NCBI RefSeq assembly: GCF_009914755.1
Contig: NC_060926.1
Length of the DNA: 64,000 nt
Origin: the human T2T-CHM13v2.0 reference genome, Homo sapiens
Direction: 5' to 3' (one strand)
The position numbers and the translations under genes are program-made. The notes beneath the pieces are model-generated. The model was not told the DNA's origin, did no database searches, and saw only the letters and a list, made by a program, of their open reading frames with translations. Positions 40,945 through 53,419 of this stretch are shown here, one piece after another; within the stretch, counting starts at the first letter, position 1, and every line of letters starts with the position of its first letter.

Positions 40945-41252
40945 GTGAGCTTCTGGGGCCTCCACCCCATGCTCCATCTGCCATAGGCCCTCCCTTCTCT
41001 TCTTCCCTTTCCTCCCCAGCAGAGGGTCAGCAGCTGCCCCCAGTGACAGTGAGAAGGGCCAGAGAGCAGCTGTGGCCTCTCCTAGCGAGGGGACATGACT
41101 CCTGCAGAAGTCCTGGCTCACCGTCCAGTCTGCATGCAGGGCCAGGCCAGGTGTGCCCATGTCCAGTTCCTTCCTGCCTGAGCCTTTACCTGCCAAGAGC
41201 CTGCAACATGGGGTTCCCTTGTCCCTTGACTCTTCTCTCTCTTCCCTCCTAG

Positions 41253-41380
41253 AGAAGATCTGCACACTTCCTAACAGAGGCTTGGACCGCACCAAGGTCC
41301 CCATTTTCCTGGGGATCCAGGGAGGGAGCCGCTGCCTGGCATGTGTGGAGACAGAAGAGGGGCCTTCCCTACAGCTGGAG
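41253..41380 (+). CDS. IL1F10: IL-38 coding exon 3 (KICTLPNRGLDRTKVPIFLGIQGGSRCLACVETEEGPSLQLE)
   Basis: cctag|AG...GAG|gtgaga, 128 nt. Confidence 0.98.
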
Positions 41381-41681
41381 GTGAGAGGCCTCTCCCCATT
41401 CTAGGGGACACTGCAGACCTGGCCTGACCCCTGGGATGCTCTGGCATCTTTGTGCCTATCTGTGGATTCCCAGCCAGGTCCACATGTCCTACTTCCTCAG
41501 GTTTCCACCATCTCCCTCTGCACCTAGCACCAAGACCCTTGCCCTCTAGAATCTGCAGAAGGCAGTCCCTTGGGTAAAAACCAGCCCTGTCAGGTCCTTT
41601 TTTGGCCAAGCCCCAGAGGCCTCCAGGGCTAACACCTCCATCAGCACTCTCATTCTGCAGCCATCCACCTTGCCCCCACAG

Positions 41682-41894
41682 GATGTGAACATTGAGGAAC
41701 TGTACAAAGGTGGTGAAGAGGCCACACGCTTCACCTTCTTCCAGAGCAGCTCAGGCTCCGCCTTCAGGCTTGAGGCTGCTGCCTGGCCTGGCTGGTTCCT
41801 GTGTGGCCCGGCAGAGCCCCAGCAGCCAGTACAGCTCACCAAGGAGAGTGAGCCCTCAGCCCGTACCAAGTTTTACTTTGAACAGAGCTGGTAG
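41682..41894 (+). CDS. IL1F10: IL-38 last coding exon (DVNIEELYKGG...LEAAAWPGWFLCG...KFYFEQSW*)
   Basis: ccacag|GAT...TAG; total CDS 459 nt = 152 aa; IL-1 family signature. Confidence 0.99.
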   Translation, partial: DVNIEELYKGGEEATRFTFFQSSSGSAFRLEAAAWPGWFLCGPAEPQQPVQLTKESEPSARTKFYFEQSW

Positions 41895-41955
41895 GGAGAC
41901 AGGAAACTGCGTTTTAGCCTTGTGCCCCCAAACCAAGCTCATCCTGCTCAGGGTC

Positions 41956-42422
41956 TATGGTAGGCAGAATAATGTCCCCCGAAATATGTCCACATCCTAA
42001 TCCCAAGATCTGTGCATATGTTACCATACATGTCCAAAGAGGTTTTGCAAATGTGATTATGTTAAGGATCTTGAAATGAGGAGACAATCCTGGGTTATCC
42101 TTGTGGGCTCAGTTTAATCACAAGAAGGAGGCAGGAAGGGAGAGTCAGAGAGAGAATGGAAGATACCATGCTTCTAATTTTGAAGATGGAGTGAGGGGCC
42201 TTGAGCCAACAAATGCAGGTGTTTTTAGAAGGTGGAAAAGCCAAGGGAACGGATTCTCCTCTAGAGTCTCCGGAAGGAACACAGCTCTTGACACATGGAT
42301 TTCAGCTCAGTGACACCCATTTCAGACTTCTGACCTCCACAACTATAAAATAATAAACTTGTGTTATTGTAAACCTCTAAGTTTGTGGTAACTTGCTATA
42401 GCAGCCATAGAAAACTACTACA
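41956..42422 (+). mobile_element. MLT1D-like MaLR LTR forming most of IL1F10 3'UTR
   Basis: tatggtaggcagaataatgtccccc...atgtccacatcctaatccc...gcagccatagaaaactactaca. Confidence 0.88.
42352..42357 (+). terminator. IL1F10: IL1F10 polyadenylation signal
   Basis: First AATAAA seen after the stop, followed by GT-rich sequence (ttgtgttattgt, gtttgtggt). Confidence 0.75.
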
Positions 42423-43074
42423 GAGCCTTATTCGACCCTGTGTCCAGTGTTTGATGCAAGAGACTTGGTGAGTTCTTAGAAGGCTACCTGCAGCTTCTCC
42501 TCCAGTCCATCTGCTATGGAGCCTCTAGAAACAACCAAGAAGCCCCAGGCAGAACTCAGTGTCCTCTGCACAGGGACAAAGCCCTGGGCTGCTTACAACT
42601 TAAATTCTAGCTCAAGTCTTGTGATTTTCTACCAGATACTTCACAGTGAATCCACAATTCCGTGGTTGACTGTTGGTACAGTCCGCTATCTGCCAGGTGC
42701 TTAAGTAGTAGCAAGGGCCAGACAATATGTGTGTCCTGGATGTGTTGAGTTTAAGGTTACAGTGGAGTCTCTAAGTTGAGGTGATTTGATATAGCTGGGA
42801 GTACAGGGCTGGAATTCAGCTGAGAGTTTGCAATTGGAATTCATACTCATCCTCAGAGCTCAAACGCTTCTCTGTTTCATGGAAAATATTTGACTGGGAT
42901 CAAGCTAGAGCAGAAAGCCCATGGTATCAGGACTCAGAGAAGGCACAGGCTGCTGGCGCTGTCCCTCTGTTGTATAACTACTTAACATTCACCTAGCGTG
43001 TTCTGAGTTCCAACCATGGGGCAGCAATTTTAAGAACATTCTGTTGTCATCCTCAGAATGACTCTTCAAGGCAA

Positions 43075-43190
43075 GCATTTTCACCTCCATTTGACAGATG
43101 AGGAAACTGGACTAAGAGAAGTGAAATAACTTGCTGAAGGTCATATGGGCTATCAGTGTTGGAGCTCAAGATAAAACTTGGTGCAGCTGA
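43075..43190. mobile_element. MIR
   Basis: catttgacagatgaggaaactgg...aacttgctgaaggtcata MIR core. Confidence 0.7.
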
Positions 43191-43920
43191 CCTCAATGCC
43201 ATTTTGCAAATTTTTATTCCACTTAAGGAGCTGAGGATAGAATGGTGAATAAAACCAAACTTCCTTGTAGCTGATAATTGAAAGGGAGAAACACTAAACA
43301 AGCAAATAAACAAACAAGAAAACAGAAAGGGCACTTTTCATGATTAGAAGGTGAGGGCAGCAGGTATTCAATGGAAATATTAGATGCGGGGGTCAGGGGA
43401 GGTTTTTTTTGTTGTTGTTGTTGTTGTTTTTTTACTTTTTTGAAGAGGTAACATCTGCACTGAGGTTATGGACAGGAAGGAACTGTGACTAGAAATAATC
43501 AAGGCAAAAGAGTAGCAAATGTGTTGGCCCTGAGACAGAAAGGAGCTGGTATGTTCAAGTAACAGTAGAAGGCTGGGGTGGGGGCTGGAGCCTGGAGAGC
43601 AAGGGAGGAGTAGGCAGTGAGCAAGACCAGCAGGGTTGGGTCATGTGTGGCCTTGAAGGCAAAGTACAGGCTTCCAAGTATTAAGTGTGACGGGAGCTAC
43701 ACGATAGGCTCTGATAATGTTTAGGTTCTTTCTCTGAGCTGCCTCTCCACAGCCTGTATGTGCCCCGGGAACTTGATCACCTGGCTAGCCCATTATAACT
43801 ATGTGTTTACATGGTGGGACTCAATTTTATGTCAGCCGTGGCCAGAACAGCTGCTGGTAAATGCAGAAGAGGCTGAGTAAATGCAAAATCTTAAACAAGT
43901 TAATGGATAATCACACTTGA

Positions 43921-43946
43921 TTCCTATTCCTCCTCCTCCTCCTCCC

Positions 43947-43980
<34 letters not shown>

Positions 43981-44090
43981 TTCCTCTTCTTCCTCCTCTC
44001 CTCCTCCTCTTCCTCCTCTTCTTCTTCCTCCTCCTCCTCCTTCTTCTCCTTCTCCTCCTCCTCCTCCTCCTCCTCCTCCTCCTCCTCCTC
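43921..44090. repeat. Compound (CCT)n/(CTT)n trinucleotide tract (Alu-tail derived)
   Basis: ~170 nt almost pure pyrimidine abutting the 3' end of an antisense Alu. Confidence 0.96.
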
Positions 44091-44372
44091 AGGACAGGGT
44101 CTTGCTCTATCACCCAGGCTGGAGTACAGTGGTGCAATCATGGCTCACTGCAGCCTTGACCTCCTGGATCAAGCCATTCTCTGCCTCAGCCTCTTGAGTA
44201 GCTGGGACCACAGGCATGCATCACCATGCCCAGCTAGGTTTTTTTAATTTTTTGTAGAGACAGGCTCTCATCATGTTGCCCAGGCTGGTCTTGAACTCCT
44301 GGGCTCAGGTGATCTTCCCACCTCAGCCACACAAAGTGTTGGGATTACAGGTGTGAGCTGCTACATCTGGCC
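44091..44372 (-). mobile_element. Alu (J-type)
   Basis: gacagggtcttgctct...tcatggctcactgcagccttgacctcctgg. Confidence 0.92.
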
Positions 44373-44989
44373 AATCACTTGGTTCTTATGGGACATTCAT
44401 CATACTGTGTGAGAAGAGCTATGGTACCAGGTAGAGACACCATTGTAGCCTAGAGGTGGAGCTGGCAGGGGGAGCTGGGCAGGGCTTCACAGAAGAAAGA
44501 GCATATAATCTGGGCCTCAGAGAAAAAGCAGGTGTTTTCCAGGCAGAGAACGTGGGGATGGGCATCCCAGGCAGAAAAACTGCTCAGGAAGGTGTGATGA
44601 TGGAGAAGAGCTCCCAGCACATCTGAGGTGAGTCATCAATGCGGCTGGGACCCAGGGCTTGGACTGAGGAGTGGCTGCAAATTCACATGAGAAGATGGGT
44701 GGCTCCTGATTGCTAATGCCTTGTGAAGGAGTTTTTATCTGGGAGGCCCCAAGGAATCATCCAGGTATTTCAGGCAGGACCCAGATTTTAATCCTGGGCC
44801 CCTCAGATCAGCACTGGGCCAACACAGATGCTACTGGGTCCTCAGCTCTTCTCAGCCATCCCCTCCCTCACCTTCTCCCTCCCTGACTTCTGTTTAGCAC
44901 TGCCCCGGGGTCAGCTTCCATGCTGTGATTTCACAGTCAGCCTGACCCCCGCTTCATCTTCCCTGACCAGTTCATCACCTTCATGCATG

Positions 44990-45336
44990 TGTTGAAAGAC
45001 AAACTTTGGCATATTAAAATTTTAAGGAGTTTATTGAGCAGAGAATGATTCATGAATCACAAGGTGCCAAATTGCAAGTGATTCAGGGCTCCACCCAGGG
45101 GCTACCGGAAAACCTTTTATAAGTTGTTCAGGAAGCAAAAGGAAGAAAAAAATTCATTGGTTAAGTGGAAAATCCTTAGTTGCAGGTTAGTCGGCGGTTC
45201 CTGATTGGCTAAGCTTAAGTTTCGTTTTCTTAGTCAATGACCATTCACTCTGGGTTGGGTTTTAGTTTACTTAGGCAGGAACCCAACACGCTGGAGTTAT
45301 CTCAGCCTAATACCTTCCCAATTAATTATTTTAACA
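44990..45336 (-). mobile_element. Solo ERV1 LTR (MER93-like)
   Basis: TG...CA ends (tgttgaaa...ttttaaca) with 4-bp CATG target duplication; minus-strand CCAAT, TATAAAA, AATAAA in LTR order. Confidence 0.8.
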
Positions 45337-47489
45337 CATGGTAACTCATTTCTGCTGGCCCTTCCCTTGTGAACTGTGCCCATGGACCACCCAGGCAAAT
45401 GCAGGCCTCCTCCTACTTACTAGTGGTGCTGTTCCAAGTTGAATCATGTTCTCTATATAACTAAAAAAAATTTTCAGCATGTAAAATATGCCAATTCTCT
45501 AACAGTGCACAGAAGAGGAAGAGGACATAAAGACTTAGAAGACATGTCTCTATGACTGAAGGACACATAGTGCAGATGGGAAAACCAGACCTTGTGAATA
45601 AAAGCTCATATTTATTGACTGCAAGACACTCCAAATAGCACTTAGAATCAAATTCTGCAGGACTGTGGTAGAAATAGTGATGGGACTTTCTGGCACTAGG
45701 GTTTAAAAGTAAGGAATGGAGGCAATTTCTGACAGGTGCAGTTCAGCGATGCCAAGAGTATTCTTCTCCCACGCCCCAAGGCTCATTCCTTAATTCCTTC
45801 TCCTCCCTAGAAACCACACCAAAGTCTTCACTCCAAAACCTAACCAGGCTAGAGGGTTATTATTATGTGAATTCTAGGGAGAGGTACACTTTATGTCTTA
45901 TCCACTATTTACATCTCAGAATGAACTGGTAGGTCCAGAGAGAGAGCAAACAGGCAATTAAACACAGTGTGGCCAGCTTTCGGTCAGGTAGCACCAGGAG
46001 CAGGGTGGGTGGGGAGGGTGAATGTGTGTGTCTGTATGTGCATGACGTGTCCATGTATGTGTATGTGTGTGCTGTGTGTGCATACGTGCTTACAAGAGAC
46101 TCCAGATGTAGGCAGCAGTTGATTCACAGGGGGCCTAGTCTTTGTTCCAAGAAGCTATGGAACAACTTCACACAAGAGGGCGATGAACCCAGGGTCTCCT
46201 ATAACCTGTGTTTCCTAAGTCATTCCACCAGGATTCAGAATCTAGTCACTCTTCCCTTTGACCCAAATTTTCATCTCGCGATCCTAGGCCCACCTCTCGC
46301 ATCACAATAGCCCCTAGGAATACCGGCTCAAAACATTGTACAGAAAACTCCGCAGGACACACAACGCATGTCAGTTCTAGGGAAATCTAAACTCAGATTT
46401 AAGGAGGAAACAGTAAAAGTGAAGGAAAATGCAGACAACTTTAATGGATACTAACTTTTCCTTGATATAATTCTCTAAAATATACAGCTACTTCATAAAT
46501 GAACTTGACAGAAACAAGTGTAATGAATATAAACAGTAAAGTTAACATCTTGGACTGAAGCACTGGCATTCGGTTTACCTGACCTTATTTCTGGTTGGAT
46601 TTTACATTTGCATAACTAAAAGGGTTCACCAGAATTCTACCAAAACACAGTCTATCCCCAGAGCAGATTCCAATCTCCGCCCTCAAAGGCACAGACTCCA
46701 CGCTATCTAGAGGCGTGATCCCCCTGCCCATTTCTGAGGCTGGGAGCCTGCAGTGTGGCCTTTGGGCTAAAGATGGCGACAGAGATCAACGTTGGCGCTG
46801 CCTTTTTGGGGCTAGGTTCTGAATGAGCTCTAACATTTAATTCTTCAAATACTTAGCAGCTACTGTGTGTCAGCCCTTGTGCCTCAAATCCCCGCCTCAC
46901 TTACAGTAGATGCATCCTTCCACGCAATGCGTGAGAGTAGAACTGGATCCTGTGATGACTTCAGGAAGTCCGGGTGTCCATTCTGTTGGGTAACAATTTT
47001 TGTTAGCTCCCCCTTGTCACGAGGGACACAGCCCCTGCTCTCTAGGAGTTTAGAGCTTAGGAGGGAAGGTAGATATTAGACACATACTCATTTCAACATT
47101 TTTCCCACCTATGTGAAGGAGCATCACACGAATGCTTGATCCCTTCTCCCCATGACAGAGACGTTGCTGTGAATCTGTCTCCTGTACACTCATTCCCTCC
47201 AATTCCCTTGGATGTTCTTGCCCAGGCTCTGGTCACAGAATTGGGTGACAAAGGATGCTGGGAGCCTTGAGTTCTAGCAGAGGCTCTTCCATACTGGAAT
47301 ATTTCTCACAGACATTTTCTGAAGGTCCATAGTCACAGGACCCATGATACAAAAAATAGCACTGGTTATGTAAGTTTGTCTGCATAAAGGACAGCAGACG
47401 TAGGTATCAGCTAGTTATGCATTTTGTAGACTGGTTCCAGTGCACACATTCCAATGAGTGCTCATAGGTTTATGTGAGAAAATGTGTTA

Positions 47490-47925
47490 TTTTTGATACC
47501 TTCTTCCACATGCCTCTCCCTGTTCACACCCTCTGCTTCAGACACTGGTCTCCTCACGATTCTCCAAAGACACACTCCAGGCACGATGCTACTCCAGAGC
47601 TTCAGCAGTAGCCTTGTGTTTTGAACACTTGTTCCCCAATTACCTGCCTGGCTTGTTTCCTCAGTGAGGCCTACGCTGGTTACCCCCGTGAAAACTGCAA
47701 TATGCACCCCCTCAAATCTCAGCACCCTTAGATTACCTATGGTACTATCACATTCTAATACACTCTATAATTTATTTTTTATTTACTGTACTTTTTTTCC
47801 TTTATCCTCCACTAGAATGCAAGATCCACGGGCAGAGGATTTTCTTTTTGCCTTGTTTATGTATTACCAGCATGTACAAGCATTTATGACGTGTCAAGCA
47901 CTCAGCAACATTTGCTGAATGAAGA
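47490..47925. mobile_element. L2 3' fragment
   Basis: ccactagaatgcaagatccacgggcagagg...cactcagcaacatttgctgaatgaa. Confidence 0.7.
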
Positions 47926-48134
47926 AAAGAACTCAAATAGGATTCCCAAAAGGGTCCTACTTAGAGGTCATGCTCTGCAGAGACTAGCACCAGGGCCCCT
48001 GTCCAGATTTATTAGGAAAGACTGTGGCATCAGGTGGGAGTAGTGGGAAGAGGGTCTAGTCTCCAGAAGGAGGGCTGGTGAGGGGTGGACAGGATATCAG
48101 GGTTTCCAGTCAATATCTGAATCACTTTGCATGG

Positions 48135-48770
48135 TGTCTCAGTTATCTATTGCTGAGTAACGAACCAACCCACAATGCAGTGATTTAAAACATCAGTGAT
48201 TCATTATTCCTTCTGATTCTGTGAGTTGACTAGGTGGTTCCTCTGCTGATCTTGCCAGGGCTCTGTTGCACTCAGCTGGAGGCTCAACTCAGCTGGAAAG
48301 TCCAAGATAGTCTCTCCCATGTCTGGCTGTTGGTGCTGGCTGTTGGTTGGGGGCCTTGGCTATTCATGTGTCCTCCCATCCTCCAGTAAACTGGAATGAC
48401 TTTCTTACATGGCTATCTTAGTGTTGCTTCTCAAAAAGGGAAAGGTAGAAGCTGCAAATGCTCTTGAGGCCTAGGGTCCAAAACTCACATTTGTCAGGAA
48501 GGACTGTGGCAGTGGGTGGGAGTAGTGGAGAAAGGGTCTAGTCCCCAGAAGTGGAGCTGGTGAGGGTGGATGGGATACTGGGGCTCCCAGCCAATGTCAG
48601 AAGCACTTTGTCATAACCTGCCTCATGTTATTCACTCCTAGCATAGCCTGTTGGTCTAAGCAAGTCCCAAGGCCAGCCCTGATTTATGGAGACGTGGGTA
48701 GAGAAATGGATTCTTCCTCTGAAGGGGAAGATCTGCAAAGAATCTGTGCCCAAAGTCACTGTAAACAAAT
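48135..48770 (-). mobile_element. Old MLT1 LTR carrying an inserted copy of its flank
   Basis: tcagttatctattgctgagtaac terminus...aagcaagtcccaaggccagccc; interrupted at 48496-48610. Confidence 0.7.
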
Positions 48771-50596
48771 GGAAGAGGAGGGGGTAAAGCACAGGCTGAC
48801 TGATTCGTGAATGTGCACTCCTGACCATCATGCTATGCTGCCTCCATGAGAAACTCTGACATGGCTGTGTAGCCAGCAATTCATTCATTCATTCTTTCAT
48901 CAAATGTTACTGACCACCTGCAATGTTCAAGTGCAGAACTGGGCAGGGGGCATACAGAATTGAATGGGGTCCAAGATTTGGTGCTCCTAAGGAAGATGAG
49001 AAAGCCACCCTTAGCCAAGCTCTCTCAAATCTTCTTCATCTTGCTCTGTGGTTTTAATGCTAACTAGGAACCCAAGGGAGAGGGTCAGCCCTTGGAATGT
49101 CTTCCAGAGGAAGGTGAAGCCCAGCTGGAGTCCCAGTCTGTGGCAAGTAAACTGGGAGAAGCAAGGACAGGCTTAAGGCTTAGCTTCTGTGCCAGGGGCT
49201 ATGTGTAAGGTTTGACTTCCTAGCCTTCTCAGGTTCACACACTACTCCTCATTCCTTCATGCCCTCCCAAGCCCTGAATTCAATGTTGGGCAACAGTGAG
49301 AGCTTAATCAATGGCTTTGAATGATTCTTAGGCAAGCTGAGAGGAATATCAACAAATGTTTTATCCGATATTCCCAAGAGTAGCCTGACCCATATCCAAG
49401 ATTATCTCCATGGCCTGCCCCTTTACATCAACTCAGAGGATGCTGCTGACATTATATATTTGCATGCTTACTATGTTAAAAATGTACTGTCAGGAAACCA
49501 GAGGCTCTCAAATTATCTTAACCAGTTATATCAGGATCAGCTGAAATGCTAGTTAAAAATGAAGATTTCTGGGACTCTACCCCTTACTGGCTAATACAAA
49601 ATTGCAAAATTGTGGAGCTGAGCCTAGAAAGCTGAATTTCTAGGCAGCCTGTGGGTTATTCTTATGAAGAGTCTGAGGATCTCCAGCCTCTACAGAACGT
49701 CACTTCTTCCACGTCCATTTCTGCCACTGATGCTGAATAGACAGAATCCCTCCTTACTACCACCACCTGTAACATGTGCTTGTCACATGAGTTAAAAATA
49801 AAGCCCCCTGTTGTAAGTCGCAAGTCAGACCCACAGAATTTAGATCCCAATCAGGGAACGTGACGCTTGGTACGTTTATGTTCTTATGACAAAAAAGGGA
49901 ATAACTAAAACAGGAAGTTGAAAATCAAACTTTGACTTTCCTATATGGAACCATGCGCCAAATTCTGACCCTCTCTGTCGCTCTCTGCTCGTGTGCGTTA
50001 GTCATAGGAGGTCATGGAAAATCATCCTCATTCCTCATTATGAGAGGCTGCTCATCAGTCATTACCCCTACACCCTGGCGGGGAGGCAAAGTAGGTGACC
50101 ACGCATGCAAATTCAGGGAAGTTTGGCTCAGAGAGTTCACATCCCCTCCTAACACAAGAGACAGAGACACCAAAGGTTTGGAATCCAGTAGGGGTGGGAG
50201 ATGCTTTGCCCAGGGCTGTCTAGTATGGAGTTAAGAATATGTTTTTTGGGGGTGAGTGTTCAAGGTAGATGATGCTTCCTTCCCTGTTCTGGAGGTTGGG
50301 TCCTCTTCCATAAGGTGTTGTCCTTTGGTACAGCTTTGTTGTACCATATAGATGGTACCTTCTGGGCCTGGACAATCACTTGACCAAAGGGATGGGAGCT
50401 CTTGCTCTGAAGAGATCCTGACAAGAGAATATAGGTGTGGCAGAGCCCATTCCTACTCCCTGCATACCCTGCTGGCAGTAGATAGACATTTACCCCTTTA
50501 TCGGTGTTCTTATATGGCACCAGACTGTGAGCTCCTAAGGGGATGGGGCCTTGGCATTTTTATTTCTAGATAGAGTCTTGCCTCACAAAAGGACAG

Positions 50597-50916
50597 AGAT
50601 ACAGTCTAAGAAATGTGTCATTAGGCGATTTTGTTGTGTGAATATCACAGAGTGTACTTACACAAACCTAGATGGTACAGCCTACTACACACCTAGACTA
50701 TATGGTATAACCTCTTGCCCCTAGGCTATAAACCCGTACAACATGTGACTGTACTGAATACTGCAGGCAACTGTAACATGATGGTAATGATGTGTATATT
50801 TAAACATATGCAAGCATAGAAAAATATAGTAAAAATATGATATTATAATCTTACAGGGCCACCGTTGTGTAGACAGTTCATCGTTGAGTGAAACTTCATT
50901 ATGTAGCACGTGATTG
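50597..50916. mobile_element. Tigger3a/MER7-like DNA transposon
   Basis: agagtgtacttacacaaacctagatggtacagcctactacacacctag core. Confidence 0.8.
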
Positions 50917-51229
50917 TTCTCATAAATGAACATGAAATGATTGGGCCACCTTATATAGAAATGCAGGGTTTCCACTGTGTAACTCTAGAGGGCACCACTC
51001 ACATGTTGATATCATAGAATTGAATATTTACTATAACAATATTATGACAGTTGGCTATAAAGTGCCTTGTACTAAAAAAAAAAAGGCCAGCATTTCTAAT
51101 AACTTTCTAACTGATGGGAATAAAATCAGAACAGGCAGCCTGTTGCTAATCCACTCCAAGGAGCCACAAGTTGTTAAAGCAAAGAGCACAGCCAGATCAG
51201 GAAATCCATTAAGGCAAGCTACAAGCCGG

Positions 51230-52400
51230 GTCTTTATCAGGAGGGCAATATGGAGTCACCATGGATGATTTCAAGCAGGGGAGTGACACGATCAGATTGA
51301 CCTCCTAAAATAGTTGCTTCTGGCTGCCAACTGGAGCATGGATTATTGGCACAGCCACTCAAGTGGTTTCCTTCAAGAATTGTTAGACACTCATCATCTC
51401 TCAACTGCAGGAGATTTGAGAGAAGTTAATAGATTTAAGGCATCTTTGGGAGGCAGAGTTAATAGATTTTGGTGGTTTATTGTAGGCAGAGTGAGAGAGT
51501 CATTGTGAAGGTTTCTTGTTTTGGTGTCTATTGGTAGGTGTCTCTACTAATGAGTGGTGAAGGTTTCTTGTTTTGGTGTCTATTGGTAGGTGTCTCTACT
51601 AATGAGTGGTGGTTCTATTGATGGGTGGTGATTCTATTCACTGACATAAGCAATGCTGGAAAAGAAAGTGGTAGTTTGGGAGCAGAGAGTGTGGAAATCA
51701 TAAGCTCTGCTTTTGCCTATGTTGAATTTTGAGGTGTATGTGAGCATCCAGGTAAAGGATTTCAGTGGGCAGTTACATATGCAGATATGGAGTGCAGGAG
51801 AGAAATTTGGAATGGAGATATAAATTTCAGAGTTTTCAGCACAAAGAAGATGAACTTATGAGGTGAATGAAATGAAGAGAGAGGTTAGTTTAAGAGAGGA
51901 GATGGCCCAGGAGAGAGAGATATTTGAGAGGCAGGCAGAAGATGAAAAGCCTTCTATGGAGGTTTAGAAGGAGAGGCCTGGAGAGGCAGAAGGAAAATCA
52001 GGAGAAGTGGAATCATGGAAGTCTATATAAGAGGGCTTTAGGGCGAGAGCCAGCAGTGTCGGATGCTAACAGTAGATCAAGTCCAGAAAAGTTTGAAAAG
52101 TGTCCACTGGATCTAGGAGCTAAAAACTCCAGAGTGCCTTCAGAAGAGTGATTGTGCAAAAGTGAAGATGAAGGGTCTTCAGGAGTGAGTGGAAAGTGAG
52201 AACACAGAGACAGTGAGTAGGGAGAATTATTTTAATAACTTTGGCTGTGAAGGGGAGGAGAAAGAGAAGGGTGTAGCTAGAGAGAGTCATGGGGCTAAGG
52301 AAAGAAACTGTCAAGATGTGGCAGGTTTAAACAAGTGTGAAAGCTGATAGGAAGGAAGGAGCCAGTGAAGGACAGGTTGGAAAAAACAGGGCGAGGTTAC
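51230..52400. mobile_element. Degraded L2
   Basis: tttcaagcaggggagtgacacgatcagatt; atgttgaattttgaggtg; aagtgtccactggatctag motifs. Confidence 0.65.
51505..51611. repeat. Perfect 52-bp tandem duplication
   Basis: gtgaaggtttcttgttttggtgtctattggtaggtgtctctactaatgagtg at 51505 and 51557. Confidence 0.97.
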
Positions 52401-52587
52401 AGTATGAGTACATGCATGAGCTCTCGAGCAAACCTGCCTGGATTCAAATTTCCACTCTGTTATTTCTCATCAGAGAAAATAGAATGAAATTGATGTACTC
52501 AAATTACTGAAAAAATTATAAGTGTAGGAGAGTCATGCTTTTCTTATTTTCTAATGAATCCGGGAGCAAAGAAAAATGTCAGTGTCT

Positions 52588-53186
<599 letters not shown>

Positions 53187-53309
53187 GTGTCAGTTACCTT
53201 CTTTAGAATTAGCAATAAATCTTTTCAGTATTTATACCATTAAAAATTTATATCATTCAAAATATGAAAATACTTTTTCAGTATTATTTCCATTTATCTA
53301 TTTATCTAT

Positions 53310-53388
53310 GTTTCATGTATCTATTGCTGTGGAATAAACCACCCTTAAACTTAATGGCTTAAAAATAGAAATCATTTAATCTGCACTC

Positions 53389-53419
<31 letters not shown>

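Noticed and set aside
43832-44159. Poly-Arg, poly-Glu and poly-Leu ORFs
   Set aside because: Translations of the triplet repeat plus Alu
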